A stretch of 64,000 nt of DNA from Clostridia bacterium (GCA_017470645.1 JAFUYJ010000017.1:5463-69462), one strand, 5' to 3'. Counted from the first letter of the stretch, positions 1 to 9,500 are shown. Translations and numbers: made by a program. Notes: a model not told the origin generated them from the letters alone.

Positions 1-1483
1 CTTTTAGAGCTTTAGTATATCCTGTTTTATTTAAAGTTTCCTTTACTAATTCTGATATTAACATTTTGTCTTGCTTGGCTCTTAGTTCTTCTATGACCTC
101 AACAAACTCTCTTGAATTTACATACACCCTATTTAATCCATATTGTTCAGAATTTTTTATTATTTCATACATTGAAACTCCTGTTTTTTCAGATATTTCT
201 TGAATACTATCTAAACTTGTTTTTCCTATTCCACGTTTTGGTTCGTTTATTATTCTTTTTAAAGCTAAATTGTCTGAAGTATTAAATATTAACCTTAAAT
301 ATGAAATAATATCTTTAATTTCTTTTCTTTCGTAGAACTTTTGCCCACCTATTATTTTATACGGAATCTTCTCTCTTCTTAAAATATCTTCTATTGCTCT
401 TGATTGAGAGTTCATTCTATATAAAACTGCAAAATCTGAATAATTATAGAAATATTCTCTTTTTAGTCTGTTGATTTGACTAACTATGTAATTGCTTTCA
501 TTGTATTCGTCATCACCCACATAAATTGATGGTAAATTACCCTCATCATTCTGAGTCCATAGTTTTTTATCATACTTTACTTGATTGTTTTTTATAACAG
601 CATTTGCTGCTTTTAAAATATTCCCTGTACACCTGTAATTTTGCTCTAGCTTTATAATTGTTGTTCCAGGAAAATCTTTCTCAAAGTTTAAAATATTGGT
701 TATATCTGCTCCCCTAAACGAATATATACCTTGGTCATTGTCCCCTACAACTGTAATATTTCCGTGTCTTGACGCCAAAATTGATATAAGCATAAATTGA
801 GCTTTATTTGTATCTTGATATTCATCTACTAAAACATATTGGAATTTATCTGTATAGTATTCATAAACATCTATGTTCTCAGTTAAGATTTTAATTGTAT
901 AATTAATGATATCATCAAAATCTATAGCATTATTTTCTTTTAAACGTCTTTGATACAGTTCATATATTTGAGCAATTATTTCTTTTCTATAATCACCCGC
1001 ATATTTGGTAGCATATGCTTTTGGTTCTAACATTTCATTTTTGCCATTACTAATTTCAGATAAAACAGCCCTATCTGAGAATAGTTTATCATCGATTTTA
1101 AGTTCTTTTAAACATTCTTTTACCAACGTTTTTTGATCTTGAGTATCAAAAATTATAAATGAACTTTCAAATCCAATTCTATCTATATATTTTCTTAAAA
1201 TACGCACACAAATAGAGTGGAAAGTTCCAATCCACATATCATTCACAGCATCTCCAACTAAAGACTCCACTCTTTGTTTCATCTCGTTAGCTGCTTTATT
1301 TGTAAATGTAATTGCTAAGATATTCCATGGCTTAATATATTTTTCTGCCATTAAATATGCTATTTTATGTGTTAGGACTTTAGTTTTTCCACTTCCTGCT
1401 CCAGCTATTATTAAGCATGGTCCATCTGTTTGAAGCACTGCTTCTTGTTGTTTGTCATTTAATCCTTGTATTAAATCTTGCAT
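1..1483 (-). CDS. pcrA: ATP-dependent DNA helicase, UvrD/PcrA family (N-terminal ~494 aa; 3' part runs off the window)
   Basis: Not in ORF track (edge-truncated). Own translation from ATG at 1483-1481: MQDLIQGLNDKQQEAVLQTDGPCLIIAGAGSGKTKVL (Walker A), later VLVDEYQDT (motif II). Frame stays open to position 1. Confidence 0.85.
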   Translation of the reverse strand, partial: MQDLIQGLNDKQQEAVLQTDGPCLIIAGAGSGKTKVLTHKIAYLMAEKYIKPWNILAITFTNKAANEMKQRVESLVGDAVNDMWIGTFHSICVRILRKYIDRIGFESSFIIFDTQDQKTLVKECLKELKIDDKLFSDRAVLSEISNGKNEMLEPKAYATKYAGDYRKEIIAQIYELYQRRLKENNAIDFDDIINYTIKILTENIDVYEYYTDKFQYVLVDEYQDTNKAQFMLISILASRHGNITVVGDNDQGIYSFRGADITNILNFEKDFPGTTIIKLEQNYRCTGNILKAANAVIKNNQVKYDKKLWTQNDEGNLPSIYVGDDEYNESNYIVSQINRLKREYFYNYSDFAVLYRMNSQSRAIEDILRREKIPYKIIGGQKFYERKEIKDIISYLRLIFNTSDNLALKRIINEPKRGIGKTSLDSIQEISEKTGVSMYEIIKNSEQYGLNRVYVNSREFVEVIEELRAKQDKMLISELVKETLNKTGYTKALK

Positions 1484-1609
1484 CTTATGTTCTCCTTGTT
1501 ATTATTTGTTTTATATCTTGTCTTAGTATAGCATAGATAAGTGCAAAATACTACAAAATTTAGCAAAATTTATTTATAATCCTTTCGACTTTTTTCGATA
1601 TTTTTATAA

Positions 1610-2833
1610 CTAATTGCAGAACTCATACGCAAATATTTTTACATAGTCCCATATATCTTTTTTCTCAATTGTTTCTTTGTTTTTTATTTCAAGTACATCA
1701 ATAATCTCATTGTTTAGGCACACTTTTAATGAACCTACTGTTTCATCCTTTACTACAGGAGCTTCAAAGTAAAATAAATTATTTATTTCTACATCAACTT
1801 TATCTTTATCTGATTTTTTTATAGGAATAAGCTCATTGTCTAACTCCGACGTATATAGTTTCATATTATTATTATTATTAGACTTGTTTACTTGGATTCT
1901 ATTTTGATTAATCTGACACCAATTATTGAACTTTTCATCAACTACTTCTTTAATATTAAATAATTCATAGTTTTCATAAACATAGTTTATTAATTTGATA
2001 CTATCAGAAGTTCTAAATTTCTTGGTATCTGCTTGTAAGACTACTGTAATAATTTCAAAGCCGTTTCTATTTACCGATGTTACCAAGCATCTTCCAGCAT
2101 TATTTGTAAATCCTGTTTTTACACCGTTTACTCCTTCTAGATAACCTAATAACTCATTAGTATTTGAAATTGTCTTTGGATACCCATTAATTATAACTGT
2201 ATAACTTTTCGTATTTACGACTTTTGCAAAAGTCTCATTGTTAAGTGCATAATCTGCAAGTTTAGCAAGTTCATATGCAGTAGTATAATGATCTGGATTA
2301 TCAAGTCCATGAGGAGTAACATAATGTGTGTTTTCTAGCCCCAACTCTTTTGCTTTTGCATTCATCATATCAGAAAATCCTTCAACACTCCCTCCCACAG
2401 TCTCAGCAATTGCAACAGCCGCATCATTTCCTGATTTAAGCATTAATCCATAGAGTAAATCCTTTAATGTAATTTTATCATTCTTCTTTAATCCTAGTCT
2501 TGATCCTCCAGTTCCTCCTGCTTTGGCAGATATTGTAACCGTTTGAGTTAAATCTGCATTTTCAATTAGTATTAATGATGTCATTATTTTAGTTGTAGAT
2601 GCCATTGCACTTCTTTTATTTTCATCTTTTCCCCATATTACATTTCCAGATTTTCTATCATATGCTATAGCAATTCTTGAATTTAATTTTGGTTCCTCTA
2701 TAACATCATTACTTGTAACTTGTATATAATCATCTTCTGAAATGCTTTCATTTTCATCATCTGCATAAATTACTGAAACGTTTATAAGCATTAAATTTAT
2801 AATTATTACTATACCTATTATTTTTTTCCACAT
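1610..2833 (-). CDS. Serine-type D-Ala-D-Ala carboxypeptidase (PBP5/S11 family) with N-terminal signal/anchor
   Basis: Active-site motifs ASTTK (SxxK), SGND (SxN) and KTGFT (KTG) occur in order in the 407-aa ORF, after a hydrophobic N-terminus. Confidence 0.85.
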   Translation of the reverse strand: MWKKIIGIVIIINLMLINVSVIYADDENESISEDDYIQVTSNDVIEEPKLNSRIAIAYDRKSGNVIWGKDENKRSAMASTTKIMTSLILIENADLTQTVTISAKAGGTGGSRLGLKKNDKITLKDLLYGLMLKSGNDAAVAIAETVGGSVEGFSDMMNAKAKELGLENTHYVTPHGLDNPDHYTTAYELAKLADYALNNETFAKVVNTKSYTVIINGYPKTISNTNELLGYLEGVNGVKTGFTNNAGRCLVTSVNRNGFEIITVVLQADTKKFRTSDSIKLINYVYENYELFNIKEVVDEKFNNWCQINQNRIQVNKSNNNNNMKLYTSELDNELIPIKKSDKDKVDVEINNLFYFEAPVVKDETVGSLKVCLNNEIIDVLEIKNKETIEKKDIWDYVKIFAYEFCN

Positions 2834-2899
2834 AAAAAAATCACCTATACAAATATATTTTGTATAGATGATTTTTATGCAATTTATGTATTTTTTCTA

Positions 2900-3271
2900 T
2901 TATACACCGGAATTTAATCCTGCTCTAACAACCATATCGAATATTATATCTAATAATGTGGTAACTGTAAATAATATTAATGCTCCTACGGTTAGCATAA
3001 TAAGATCTTTTTTTATTTCTGCCTTTCCTTCTGGAGAAACAGTAACATATTTTATTCCTTTGATAATTATAGCCCCAATCATTATAACAACTCCAACCCA
3101 TCTAATAACGCCTAGTACTAAACTTGCTACACCAGACAATGGATTTGAATTCGGTTTTAGAACATTATAAATATCATTAATATCATTAGCATTTACAAAG
3201 TAAACATTTGCTAACATAACAAATAAAACTATTATTAAATATAACGTCATTATAATATGTTTTTTTTTCAT
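2900..3271 (-). CDS. Small secreted two-helix membrane protein, VirB2/TrbC pilin-like (paralog B)
   Basis: Signal-peptide-like N-terminus (...FVNA/ND), then two hydrophobic helices joined by the loop GIKYVTVSPEGKAEIKK. Paralogous to 3298..3660. ATG at 3271 preferred over the upstream GTG at 3289. Confidence 0.6.
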   Translation of the reverse strand: MKKKHIIMTLYLIIVLFVMLANVYFVNANDINDIYNVLKPNSNPLSGVASLVLGVIRWVGVVIMIGAIIIKGIKYVTVSPEGKAEIKKDLIMLTVGALILFTVTTLLDIIFDMVVRAGLNSGV

Positions 3272-3297
3272 TTTTTTACCTACACTCACTTTTAATA

Positions 3298-3660
3298 TTA
3301 TAATTTATCGAATGTTGTCTCCAAAATACCTACTACTGATGTTGCTGCAACTATAAATGCAAGACCTAGTACATAAATACCTAATTGTCCTTTTAAGTTT
3401 GCTTTTCCTTCTGGAGATGAAGTTACATACTTGATACCTAAGAATATCAACATACCAACTGCAACAACAATTCCAAGCCATTTTAATGCTCCTAATGCTG
3501 TTTTTGCAATATTTGCTGCGTTTGTACCATTTACTGCAGTTGTGTCTGGTTGAACTGTATTTGCAATAGGTTCAGCAAATACGGCACTACTGAATGTAAC
3601 TAATAACATTACTACTAATAAAACTATACTTAATATTTTAATACTTTTTTTACTTAACAT
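3298..3660 (-). CDS. Small secreted two-helix membrane protein, VirB2/TrbC pilin-like (paralog A)
   Basis: Signal peptide ...SSAVFA/EP, helix KWLGIVVAVGMLIFLG, loop IKYVTSSPEGKANLKG, second helix. RBS AAGGAGG upstream. Confidence 0.6.
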   Translation of the reverse strand: MLSKKSIKILSIVLLVVMLLVTFSSAVFAEPIANTVQPDTTAVNGTNAANIAKTALGALKWLGIVVAVGMLIFLGIKYVTSSPEGKANLKGQLGIYVLGLAFIVAATSVVGILETTFDKL

Positions 3661-3715
3661 TTTAAATTCCTCCTTTTATTTAAATAAAAAATTAAATACT
3701 AATGCCTATACTATA

Positions 3716-3744
3716 ATGATACCTCTTTTTTACAAAAAAGTCAA
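3716..3744 (-). promoter_or_regulatory. Sigma-A type promoter for the pilin-like pair
   Basis: Minus strand reads TTGACT, 17 nt, TATCAT, about 55 nt upstream of the 3660 start. Confidence 0.55.
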
Positions 3745-3750
3745 TATTTT

Positions 3751-3888
3751 TTAATTTTTTTCTAAATAATATTTTGCTATTAATTCGTCTAGCTCCACAC
3801 TTAAATTATATATTACTTCGTAGTCTTTTCCAGTTATTATGCTTTCGTTTAATCGCTCTCTTGTTTCACGAATCTTTTCGTCTAACAT
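3751..3888 (-). CDS. Spo0E-like sporulation regulatory aspartyl-phosphate phosphatase (45 aa)
   Basis: Below the ORF-track cutoff. Own translation: MLDEKIRETRERLNESIITGKDYEVIYNLSVELDELIAKYYLEKN. This matches the Spo0E-family helical hairpin pattern (..LS.ELD.LI..YY). RBS AAAGGAGAG lies 9 nt upstream. Confidence 0.65.
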   Translation of the reverse strand: MLDEKIRETRERLNESIITGKDYEVIYNLSVELDELIAKYYLEKN

Positions 3889-4007
3889 ATTAACCAACTC
3901 TCCTTTTCACTCCTAGTGCTTGTCTCTTTCGTATATATATAAGATACCACATTTAGGTTTGTCCAGTCAACAAAAAAGCTTTATTTTTGTGCATTTATAG
4001 CGACTTT

Positions 4008-4799
4008 TCATCTATCTTTTTCGACATTTTTCGACTTTTGTTTTTGTTTACTTTTTTTATTTATCAAAATAATACTAAATACTATAAAAAGTGCTAATGA
4101 CAAAATTTGTGAAATTCTAAAATTAAATAACATTAAACTATCTGTTCTTAATCCTTCTATTATAAATCTTATAAAAGAATAGCAAATAATGTATAGATAT
4201 GTTATTTCTCCTGAAAATTTTCTTTTTTTACTTAAAATTGACAACAAAACAAAAATTCCAAGAGTACAAATGGATTCGTATAAAAATGTGGGATGTACGT
4301 ATTTTACCACTCCATTTTCTATAATTTCCATTTTTAACGGTAAATTTGTTTCATATCCATATGCTTCTATATTTATGTAATTTCCCCATCTTCCAATTGA
4401 TTGACACAAAGCAACTATAGGTACAATATAGTCTGTTATATCTAAAAGTCTTATTTTCTTCATTTTGCTAAAAATTGATATAACTATTACTCCGCCTATT
4501 ATTCCTCCGTATATAGCTAACCCACCATTTTTTATACTAAAAATTTCTGAAGGATTATTCATATAATAGTCTAAAGAGAAGACTACATAGTATAATCTAG
4601 CAAAAATAATTGCAGTCGGAAGCATTATAATTGCTAAATCCAGTAAATCTTCAAACTTTACTCCAAATCTCCCATCATGTAATTTACACCATATTAAGCC
4701 TAATATCATAGAACCAACAATTAGTATTCCATACCAATATATTGAATTTCCGAATATCTCAAAGGCTACCTCTGGAATAATTCCAGTTTTGATTATCAT
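4008..4799 (-). CDS. lgt: Prolipoprotein diacylglyceryl transferase
   Basis: Polytopic membrane protein with Lgt signatures GGLAIYGGIIGG and GRWGNYINIEAYG. Confidence 0.9.
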   Translation of the reverse strand: MIIKTGIIPEVAFEIFGNSIYWYGILIVGSMILGLIWCKLHDGRFGVKFEDLLDLAIIMLPTAIIFARLYYVVFSLDYYMNNPSEIFSIKNGGLAIYGGIIGGVIVISIFSKMKKIRLLDITDYIVPIVALCQSIGRWGNYINIEAYGYETNLPLKMEIIENGVVKYVHPTFLYESICTLGIFVLLSILSKKRKFSGEITYLYIICYSFIRFIIEGLRTDSLMLFNFRISQILSLALFIVFSIILINKKSKQKQKSKNVEKDR

Positions 4800-4938
4800 G
4801 TTTTGCCTCCTTTTTTCGTATGTATGAAGAAAGAAATCACTTTTAATTTCTTTCCATAAAATTATAAATCCTCTTTTTAATTGATTATTATTTTTTCTTT
4901 AATTATTTTGTTTTAATTTTTACTCTATTTAAAAAGAT

Positions 4939-6225
4939 TTATTTAGGTCGTACAATACTTAACGCCATTTTATCTTCTTTAAATACTTCATTTAAAATTT
5001 GCTCAGCAAATTCTTTTGTTACATTGTTGAATTTTTCAATGTAATCAAAACTGTTGATTCCCTTGAAATTATCAGCAAGGAACATTCTGGCAATATATGA
5101 AACATTGTTATATTCTACAACATAATCACCATATATTTTTCTCTTTAATCTATTGAAATCTTCCTCGTTCAATCCGTCTTTTTTGAAATTTTCTATTTCT
5201 TTTTTTACTTTCTCATAAATTAGCTCTGGATTTTTAGATTGTCCTCCAATCAAAACATGAGCATATTGTTTTGTAAATTCGTAATCCATATCTGGCTCAG
5301 CTAGCAAATCTCCTGAATTATATAAATCTTTGTATAAGTCAGAACTTTTGCCTATTAACATATTCAAGATTATTTCTATAGCAATATGTCTTTTTACCGC
5401 TTCTTCAGAGCTTGGCACCTTATCTTTAATACCTATCATAAATATAGGTGTACTTACCTCCATATTTACTTCTTTTTTACTCATATTTATTGAGTCTTCT
5501 TCTATCTCATATATTCTCTTAATTTCCCCTTGATTTTCTTTTGGAATAAGTCTCTTCTTTATTTCTTCAAGTAAATCTTCTGGTTTGAAATCACCACATA
5601 CAACCATCGTCATATTGCTTGGATGATAAAATGTATTATAGCACTTATATAAAACATCTGGATTTATTTCACTAATTGATTCTATAGTTCCAGCGATATC
5701 AAGCTTTACAGCATTTTTATGATACAAACAATCCATTGTGTTTAAATACAATTGAAATCCTGGATCATCATCATACATTTTAATTTCCTGTCCTATAATT
5801 CCTTTTTCTTTTTCAACATTTTCATCAGTAAAATATGGATTCTGAACATAATCCATAAGTTCATCTAATCCTTCGTAGAACTTATCTGATGAACATTCAA
5901 ACAAATACGCTGTGTGATCATTTGTTGTGTATGCATTTGCATCTAATCCCAGAGCCATAAGAACATCTAAGCTGTTGCGTCCATTTTTTTGTTCAAACAT
6001 TTTATGTTCCAAGAAATGTGCTACACCATCTGGAATAAATACTTCCTCATTTGTTTGAGGCATTATAAATCTATTATCAATTGAACCAAAATTAGTTCCC
6101 CACATTATATATTTCTTTTTCGTGTTAGCTTTAGGAATTATGATTATATTCAAACCATTTTCCAATTTTTCAAAATACGCTTTTTCTTTAATATTTGTGC
6201 TTTCAACAATTTTCATAATTATCAT
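4939..6225 (-). CDS. M16 family zinc peptidase (catalytic partner)
   Basis: Inverted zinc motif HFLEH (HxxEH) near the N-terminus; ~425 aa, the size of pitrilysin-like YmfH/YmfF pairs. Confidence 0.8.
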   Translation of the reverse strand: MIIMKIVESTNIKEKAYFEKLENGLNIIIIPKANTKKKYIMWGTNFGSIDNRFIMPQTNEEVFIPDGVAHFLEHKMFEQKNGRNSLDVLMALGLDANAYTTNDHTAYLFECSSDKFYEGLDELMDYVQNPYFTDENVEKEKGIIGQEIKMYDDDPGFQLYLNTMDCLYHKNAVKLDIAGTIESISEINPDVLYKCYNTFYHPSNMTMVVCGDFKPEDLLEEIKKRLIPKENQGEIKRIYEIEEDSINMSKKEVNMEVSTPIFMIGIKDKVPSSEEAVKRHIAIEIILNMLIGKSSDLYKDLYNSGDLLAEPDMDYEFTKQYAHVLIGGQSKNPELIYEKVKKEIENFKKDGLNEEDFNRLKRKIYGDYVVEYNNVSYIARMFLADNFKGINSFDYIEKFNNVTKEFAEQILNEVFKEDKMALSIVRPK

Positions 6226-6279
6226 TTTCCTTTCATTATATTTGAAACATTTAAGACCGTCCCGGATTGTTTCACATAT

Positions 6280-7554
6280 TTAGTCTTTCAAAAAGTAAAT
6301 TGTGTTTATCTGAATCTTCTTAGCTATTTCAACAATTTGCTCTTTTGTAACCTCATTAATTTTTTTGATATATTCTTCAATTGAAACAACCTCATCTGAT
6401 AGCTCTTGCGAAAAATAATAAGTTATTTCTGAATCTTGTGATTCCGTTATACTTCCAACAGATGCATCTATTATTGTTTTCGCATTTTCAATATCTTCTT
6501 CTGTAAAATCTCCATCTTCCATTTGCTTTAGTTGTTCTTTGATTATTTCTAAAGCTTTGTCAAAATTTGGAATATCTATTCCACATTTTACGAACACATT
6601 ATCTTTTTGTCTTAAATAGTTTGATCCAGCCGTATATGCTAAGCTTGCTTTTTCCCTAACATTTTGGAACATTTTTGAATTTGCACTTCCACCCAAAATA
6701 ACGTTATACACAGATGTAGCATACTTACTTTCTTTTCTGTTATCTAGAACATCTAAACCAATAATTAATTTAACTTGATTTATTTGCATACTTTCTGTAA
6801 TAGTTTTTGGTTCTTCAACTTGTGGTTTTATCTCATTCTCTTTATTAATATTAAAATTTGCATTTCTCTCTTTTAAATCTTCTATTATCTTACTTTCTTT
6901 TAATTCATTAATTATTTTATCATCTAAATTTCCAGATACAAAAATATCTATTTTTACATTCTTTATCATTTCTAAATAGTATTCATATAAATTTTGTGCA
7001 TCAATTTTTTCTAAATCTTCTATATATCCATATTTATATAATCCATATGGTTCGTTTTTATACATTTCTTCAACACATCTGTCGTATGCGTATTTTGCTT
7101 TATTATCAATTTTTCCTTGTATAATTTGTTTTAAGTTTTCTTTTTCGCCATCTACATACTCTTGTTTAAATTTTCCATCTTCTAAATATGGGGTAAATAC
7201 TATATCAAGTAATATTTCTAAGCATTCTTTGCTTAAATTTTCTTCTGATGGTAAGAATTCGTTATTAATGCTTTCTAAATAGAACTTCATTACATGATTG
7301 TCTCCCGTTTTTTCAACACCACAGTCAAAACTTGCACCATACATATTTTCTAACGCTTTACTAATTTCTTCTTGACTTGTTAATTTTTTTGTTCCTCTTC
7401 TTAAAACTGCTGTTAGTAGTGCATTTTTAGTAACATTTTCTCTATCAAGTTTTGTTGTTAAAAAAATAGCAAACAAATTTGTTTTAAATTTATTTGTATT
7501 AATTTTATGAAAAGTTATTCCATTTTTATAGTCTTCTTTTTTATAATTCATCAT
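6280..7554 (-). CDS. M16 family peptidase-like protein (no HxxEH seen; probable non-catalytic partner)
   Basis: Same size, adjacent to and co-directional with 4939..6225. I found no HxxEH motif in the translation. Confidence 0.65.
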   Translation of the reverse strand: MMNYKKEDYKNGITFHKINTNKFKTNLFAIFLTTKLDRENVTKNALLTAVLRRGTKKLTSQEEISKALENMYGASFDCGVEKTGDNHVMKFYLESINNEFLPSEENLSKECLEILLDIVFTPYLEDGKFKQEYVDGEKENLKQIIQGKIDNKAKYAYDRCVEEMYKNEPYGLYKYGYIEDLEKIDAQNLYEYYLEMIKNVKIDIFVSGNLDDKIINELKESKIIEDLKERNANFNINKENEIKPQVEEPKTITESMQINQVKLIIGLDVLDNRKESKYATSVYNVILGGSANSKMFQNVREKASLAYTAGSNYLRQKDNVFVKCGIDIPNFDKALEIIKEQLKQMEDGDFTEEDIENAKTIIDASVGSITESQDSEITYYFSQELSDEVVSIEEYIKKINEVTKEQIVEIAKKIQINTIYFLKD

Positions 7555-7709
7555 AAAACCTTCTTTCTTGATTTTTTATTTATTATAATATAATTTGGAA
7601 AAAATATACAATAGAATGCATAAAAATTTTAAAATGAATAATTTTTATAAACTTGTATACAATAATATAAAAGAAAAGCAAATTTAAAATAAGAAAGGAG
7701 CCAAATACT

Positions 7710-7904
7710 ATGAGAATTATAAATACAATAGCTTTAATATTAGTTATAATTGGTGGATTAAACTGGGGATTAATTGGATTATTCAACTTTAACCTTGTAG
7801 ACTTCTTATTTGGAGAAGGTTCTATATTATCTAAAATAGTTTACATCTTAGTTGGTATTGCAAGTTTATGGTGTATTAGTTTATTTGCAAAAATATTTGA
7901 ATAA
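7710..7904 (+). CDS. DUF378 family small membrane protein
   Basis: 64 aa with the characteristic IGGLNWGLIGLF motif; RBS AAGGAG upstream. Confidence 0.8.
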   Translation: MRIINTIALILVIIGGLNWGLIGLFNFNLVDFLFGEGSILSKIVYILVGIASLWCISLFAKIFE

Positions 7905-7910
7905 AAAAAA

Positions 7911-7950
7911 GAGAGATTCTATAAACCTAATTATAGAATCGCCCTTTTTT
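7911..7950. terminator. Bidirectional intrinsic terminator between convergent DUF378 gene and yqeY
   Basis: Stem GATTCTATA / TATAGAATC flanked by an A-run and a T-run. Confidence 0.6.
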
Positions 7951-7972
7951 ATTGAGTATTCTTTATTTAAAA

Positions 7973-8413
7973 CTATGCTAATAGTTTTTTTACAACTTCA
8001 TTTATCATTCTACCGTCAGCAGTTACACCTAGTCTTTCCTTAGCTGTTTTCATTATAATTCCCATGTCTTTCATAGATGTAGCACCTATTTCAGATACTA
8101 TTTCTTTTACTTTTTCTGTTAATTCTTCTTCTGATAATTTCTTTGGTAAGTATCCTTCTAACACTGCCATTTCTTCTTTGATTTGACTAATTAAATCTTC
8201 TCTACCTGATTTTTCGTAATCTGCTAATGAATCATTTCTCTTTTTAAATTCTTTAGCAATTACTTCTAATATTTGGTCATCATTTAATTCTATTTGTTTG
8301 TCTTTTTCAACTTGTAGAACTGCTGCTCTTACCATTTGAACAGTATTCTTTTTAACAACATCTTTATCTTTCATTGCAGATTTTAAATCTTCTAATAATT
8401 TTTCTTTCCACAT
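7973..8413 (-). CDS. yqeY: GatB/YqeY domain protein
   Basis: MWKEKLLEDLKSAMKDKD... is the typical YqeY N-terminus. Classic rpsU-yqeY synteny. ATG 8413 preferred over the longer track ORF (8446). Confidence 0.85.
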   Translation of the reverse strand: MWKEKLLEDLKSAMKDKDVVKKNTVQMVRAAVLQVEKDKQIELNDDQILEVIAKEFKKRNDSLADYEKSGREDLISQIKEEMAVLEGYLPKKLSEEELTEKVKEIVSEIGATSMKDMGIIMKTAKERLGVTADGRMINEVVKKLLA

Positions 8414-8521
8414 TGTAATCAATCCTTTCTTTTTATATTGTGACACTTTTTTTATTATGATTTTTTTTTAGTCGTTCCTAAAAACACCTTTTTGAGATTA
8501 TCCCAAAAGTGTCAAAAATAT

Positions 8522-8550
8522 CACAAAAGTGCAAGCATTACACTTGCACT
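8522..8550 (-). terminator. Intrinsic terminator after rpsU
   Basis: Minus strand: AGTGCAAG, 7-nt loop, CTTGCACT, then UUUU. Confidence 0.6.
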
Positions 8551-8562
8551 CTTAACAAACCA

Positions 8563-8730
8563 CTAAAATTTTCTTTTTCTAGCAGCCTCTGACTTTTTCT
8601 TTCTTTTAACACTAGGTTTTTCATAGTGTTCTCTTTTACGAACTTCTTGTAATACTTGGTTTCTAGCACATTGTCTTTTAAATCTTTTTAAAGCTTCTTC
8701 CAAGTTACCATTATTTTTTACTTCTGGCAT
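8563..8730 (-). CDS. rpsU: 30S ribosomal protein S21
   Basis: Below the ORF-track cutoff. Own translation: [65 protein letters not shown]. Confidence 0.93.
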   Translation of the reverse strand: MPEVKNNGNLEEALKRFKRQCARNQVLQEVRKREHYEKPSVKRKKKSEAARKRKF

Positions 8731-8823
8731 ATATAATTCCCCTCCTTCCGGTATCTCTATTACCTTATTGGATGTTTTCCTAGGGGTTGTATTTTTTCTT
8801 TAACCCTTTTACGTACGAATACT

Positions 8824-8853
8824 ATTATACTCTAAGTTAAAGTGAATTGTCAA
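8824..8853 (-). promoter_or_regulatory. Sigma-A type promoter of rpsU-yqeY
   Basis: Minus strand reads TTGACA, 18 nt, TATAAT. Confidence 0.6.
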
Positions 8854-8957
8854 TACAATTAACTTGATTTTTCTAATTTTTCAATAATTTTTAATTGTCG
8901 TATTTTGTCAACAAATGTCATAATCTTCATATTATATATTATAGGAGGTGAATTTCT

Positions 8958-9212
8958 ATGGATCAAGAAATAGATATTTGCTGCTGCAAAAAAAATAAAA
9001 AATCTAGAAAATGTTGTATAGATTTAATAATATTTATTTTGTCTATACTATTAGCCTTTGTTGTTGGTGTGCTTATTGGTGCTGTTACAGGCTTATTTGC
9101 TGCCTTAGGTTTAGGTGCTGTTATAGCTATCCTTGTAACTTTGGTTGTATTTCTTATTGTTAGAATTATAATGCTTGTTTGTGAAAAAGATAATAAAAAG
9201 AAATGTTGTTAA
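8958..9212 (+). CDS. Small membrane protein with cysteine clusters at both termini
   Basis: 84 aa: N-terminal ICCCKKNKKSRKCC, Gly/Ala/Val-rich hydrophobic core (about two TM spans), C-terminal KKKCC. RBS AGGAGG. Confidence 0.6.
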   Translation: MDQEIDICCCKKNKKSRKCCIDLIIFILSILLAFVVGVLIGAVTGLFAALGLGAVIAILVTLVVFLIVRIIMLVCEKDNKKKCC

Positions 9213-9221
9213 TAATAACTC

Positions 9222-9250
9222 TTGATTTTTTTTTTAATTCATGTTATCAT
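9222..9250 (+). promoter_or_regulatory. Promoter of the Ser T-box leader
   Basis: TTGATT, 17 nt, TATCAT. Confidence 0.45.
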
Positions 9251-9261
9251 TATAAACATAA

Positions 9262-9500
9262 TATGTAGCGTAACAAGAGACTAGTAGTAAACTCCCTTTT
9301 ATTCAGAGAGATTATGGTTGGTGAGAATAATCTAAAAAAGTTTATGAATCTACTCTTTAGCTTTTAGTGAAAACTAAACCTAGTAATGCAAGGTTACAAG
9401 CATTGTTAAGATATGAAATATGTTATATACAACAATTTCATAATTAAGGTGGCACCGCGATAATTATTCGTCCTTATGAATTTTCATAAGGACGTTTTTG
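9262..9500 (+). promoter_or_regulatory. T-box riboswitch leader, serine specifier (UCU)
   Basis: AGAGA bulge (9304-9309) and GGUGAGA distal loop (~9320). Specifier GAA-UCU-A has UCU at 9349-9351. T-box sequence AAUUAAGGUGGCACCGCG is at 9442-9459. Terminator CGTCCTTATGAA/TTCATAAGGACG plus T-run at 9469-9499. serS lies downstream. Confidence 0.85.

Noticed and set aside
7583-8043. Track ORFs 7583..7786 (minus) and 7852..8043 (plus) around the DUF378 gene.
   Set aside because: They overlap the DUF378 CDS, the terminator, or the yqeY 3' end. They have no RBS and low-complexity sequence.
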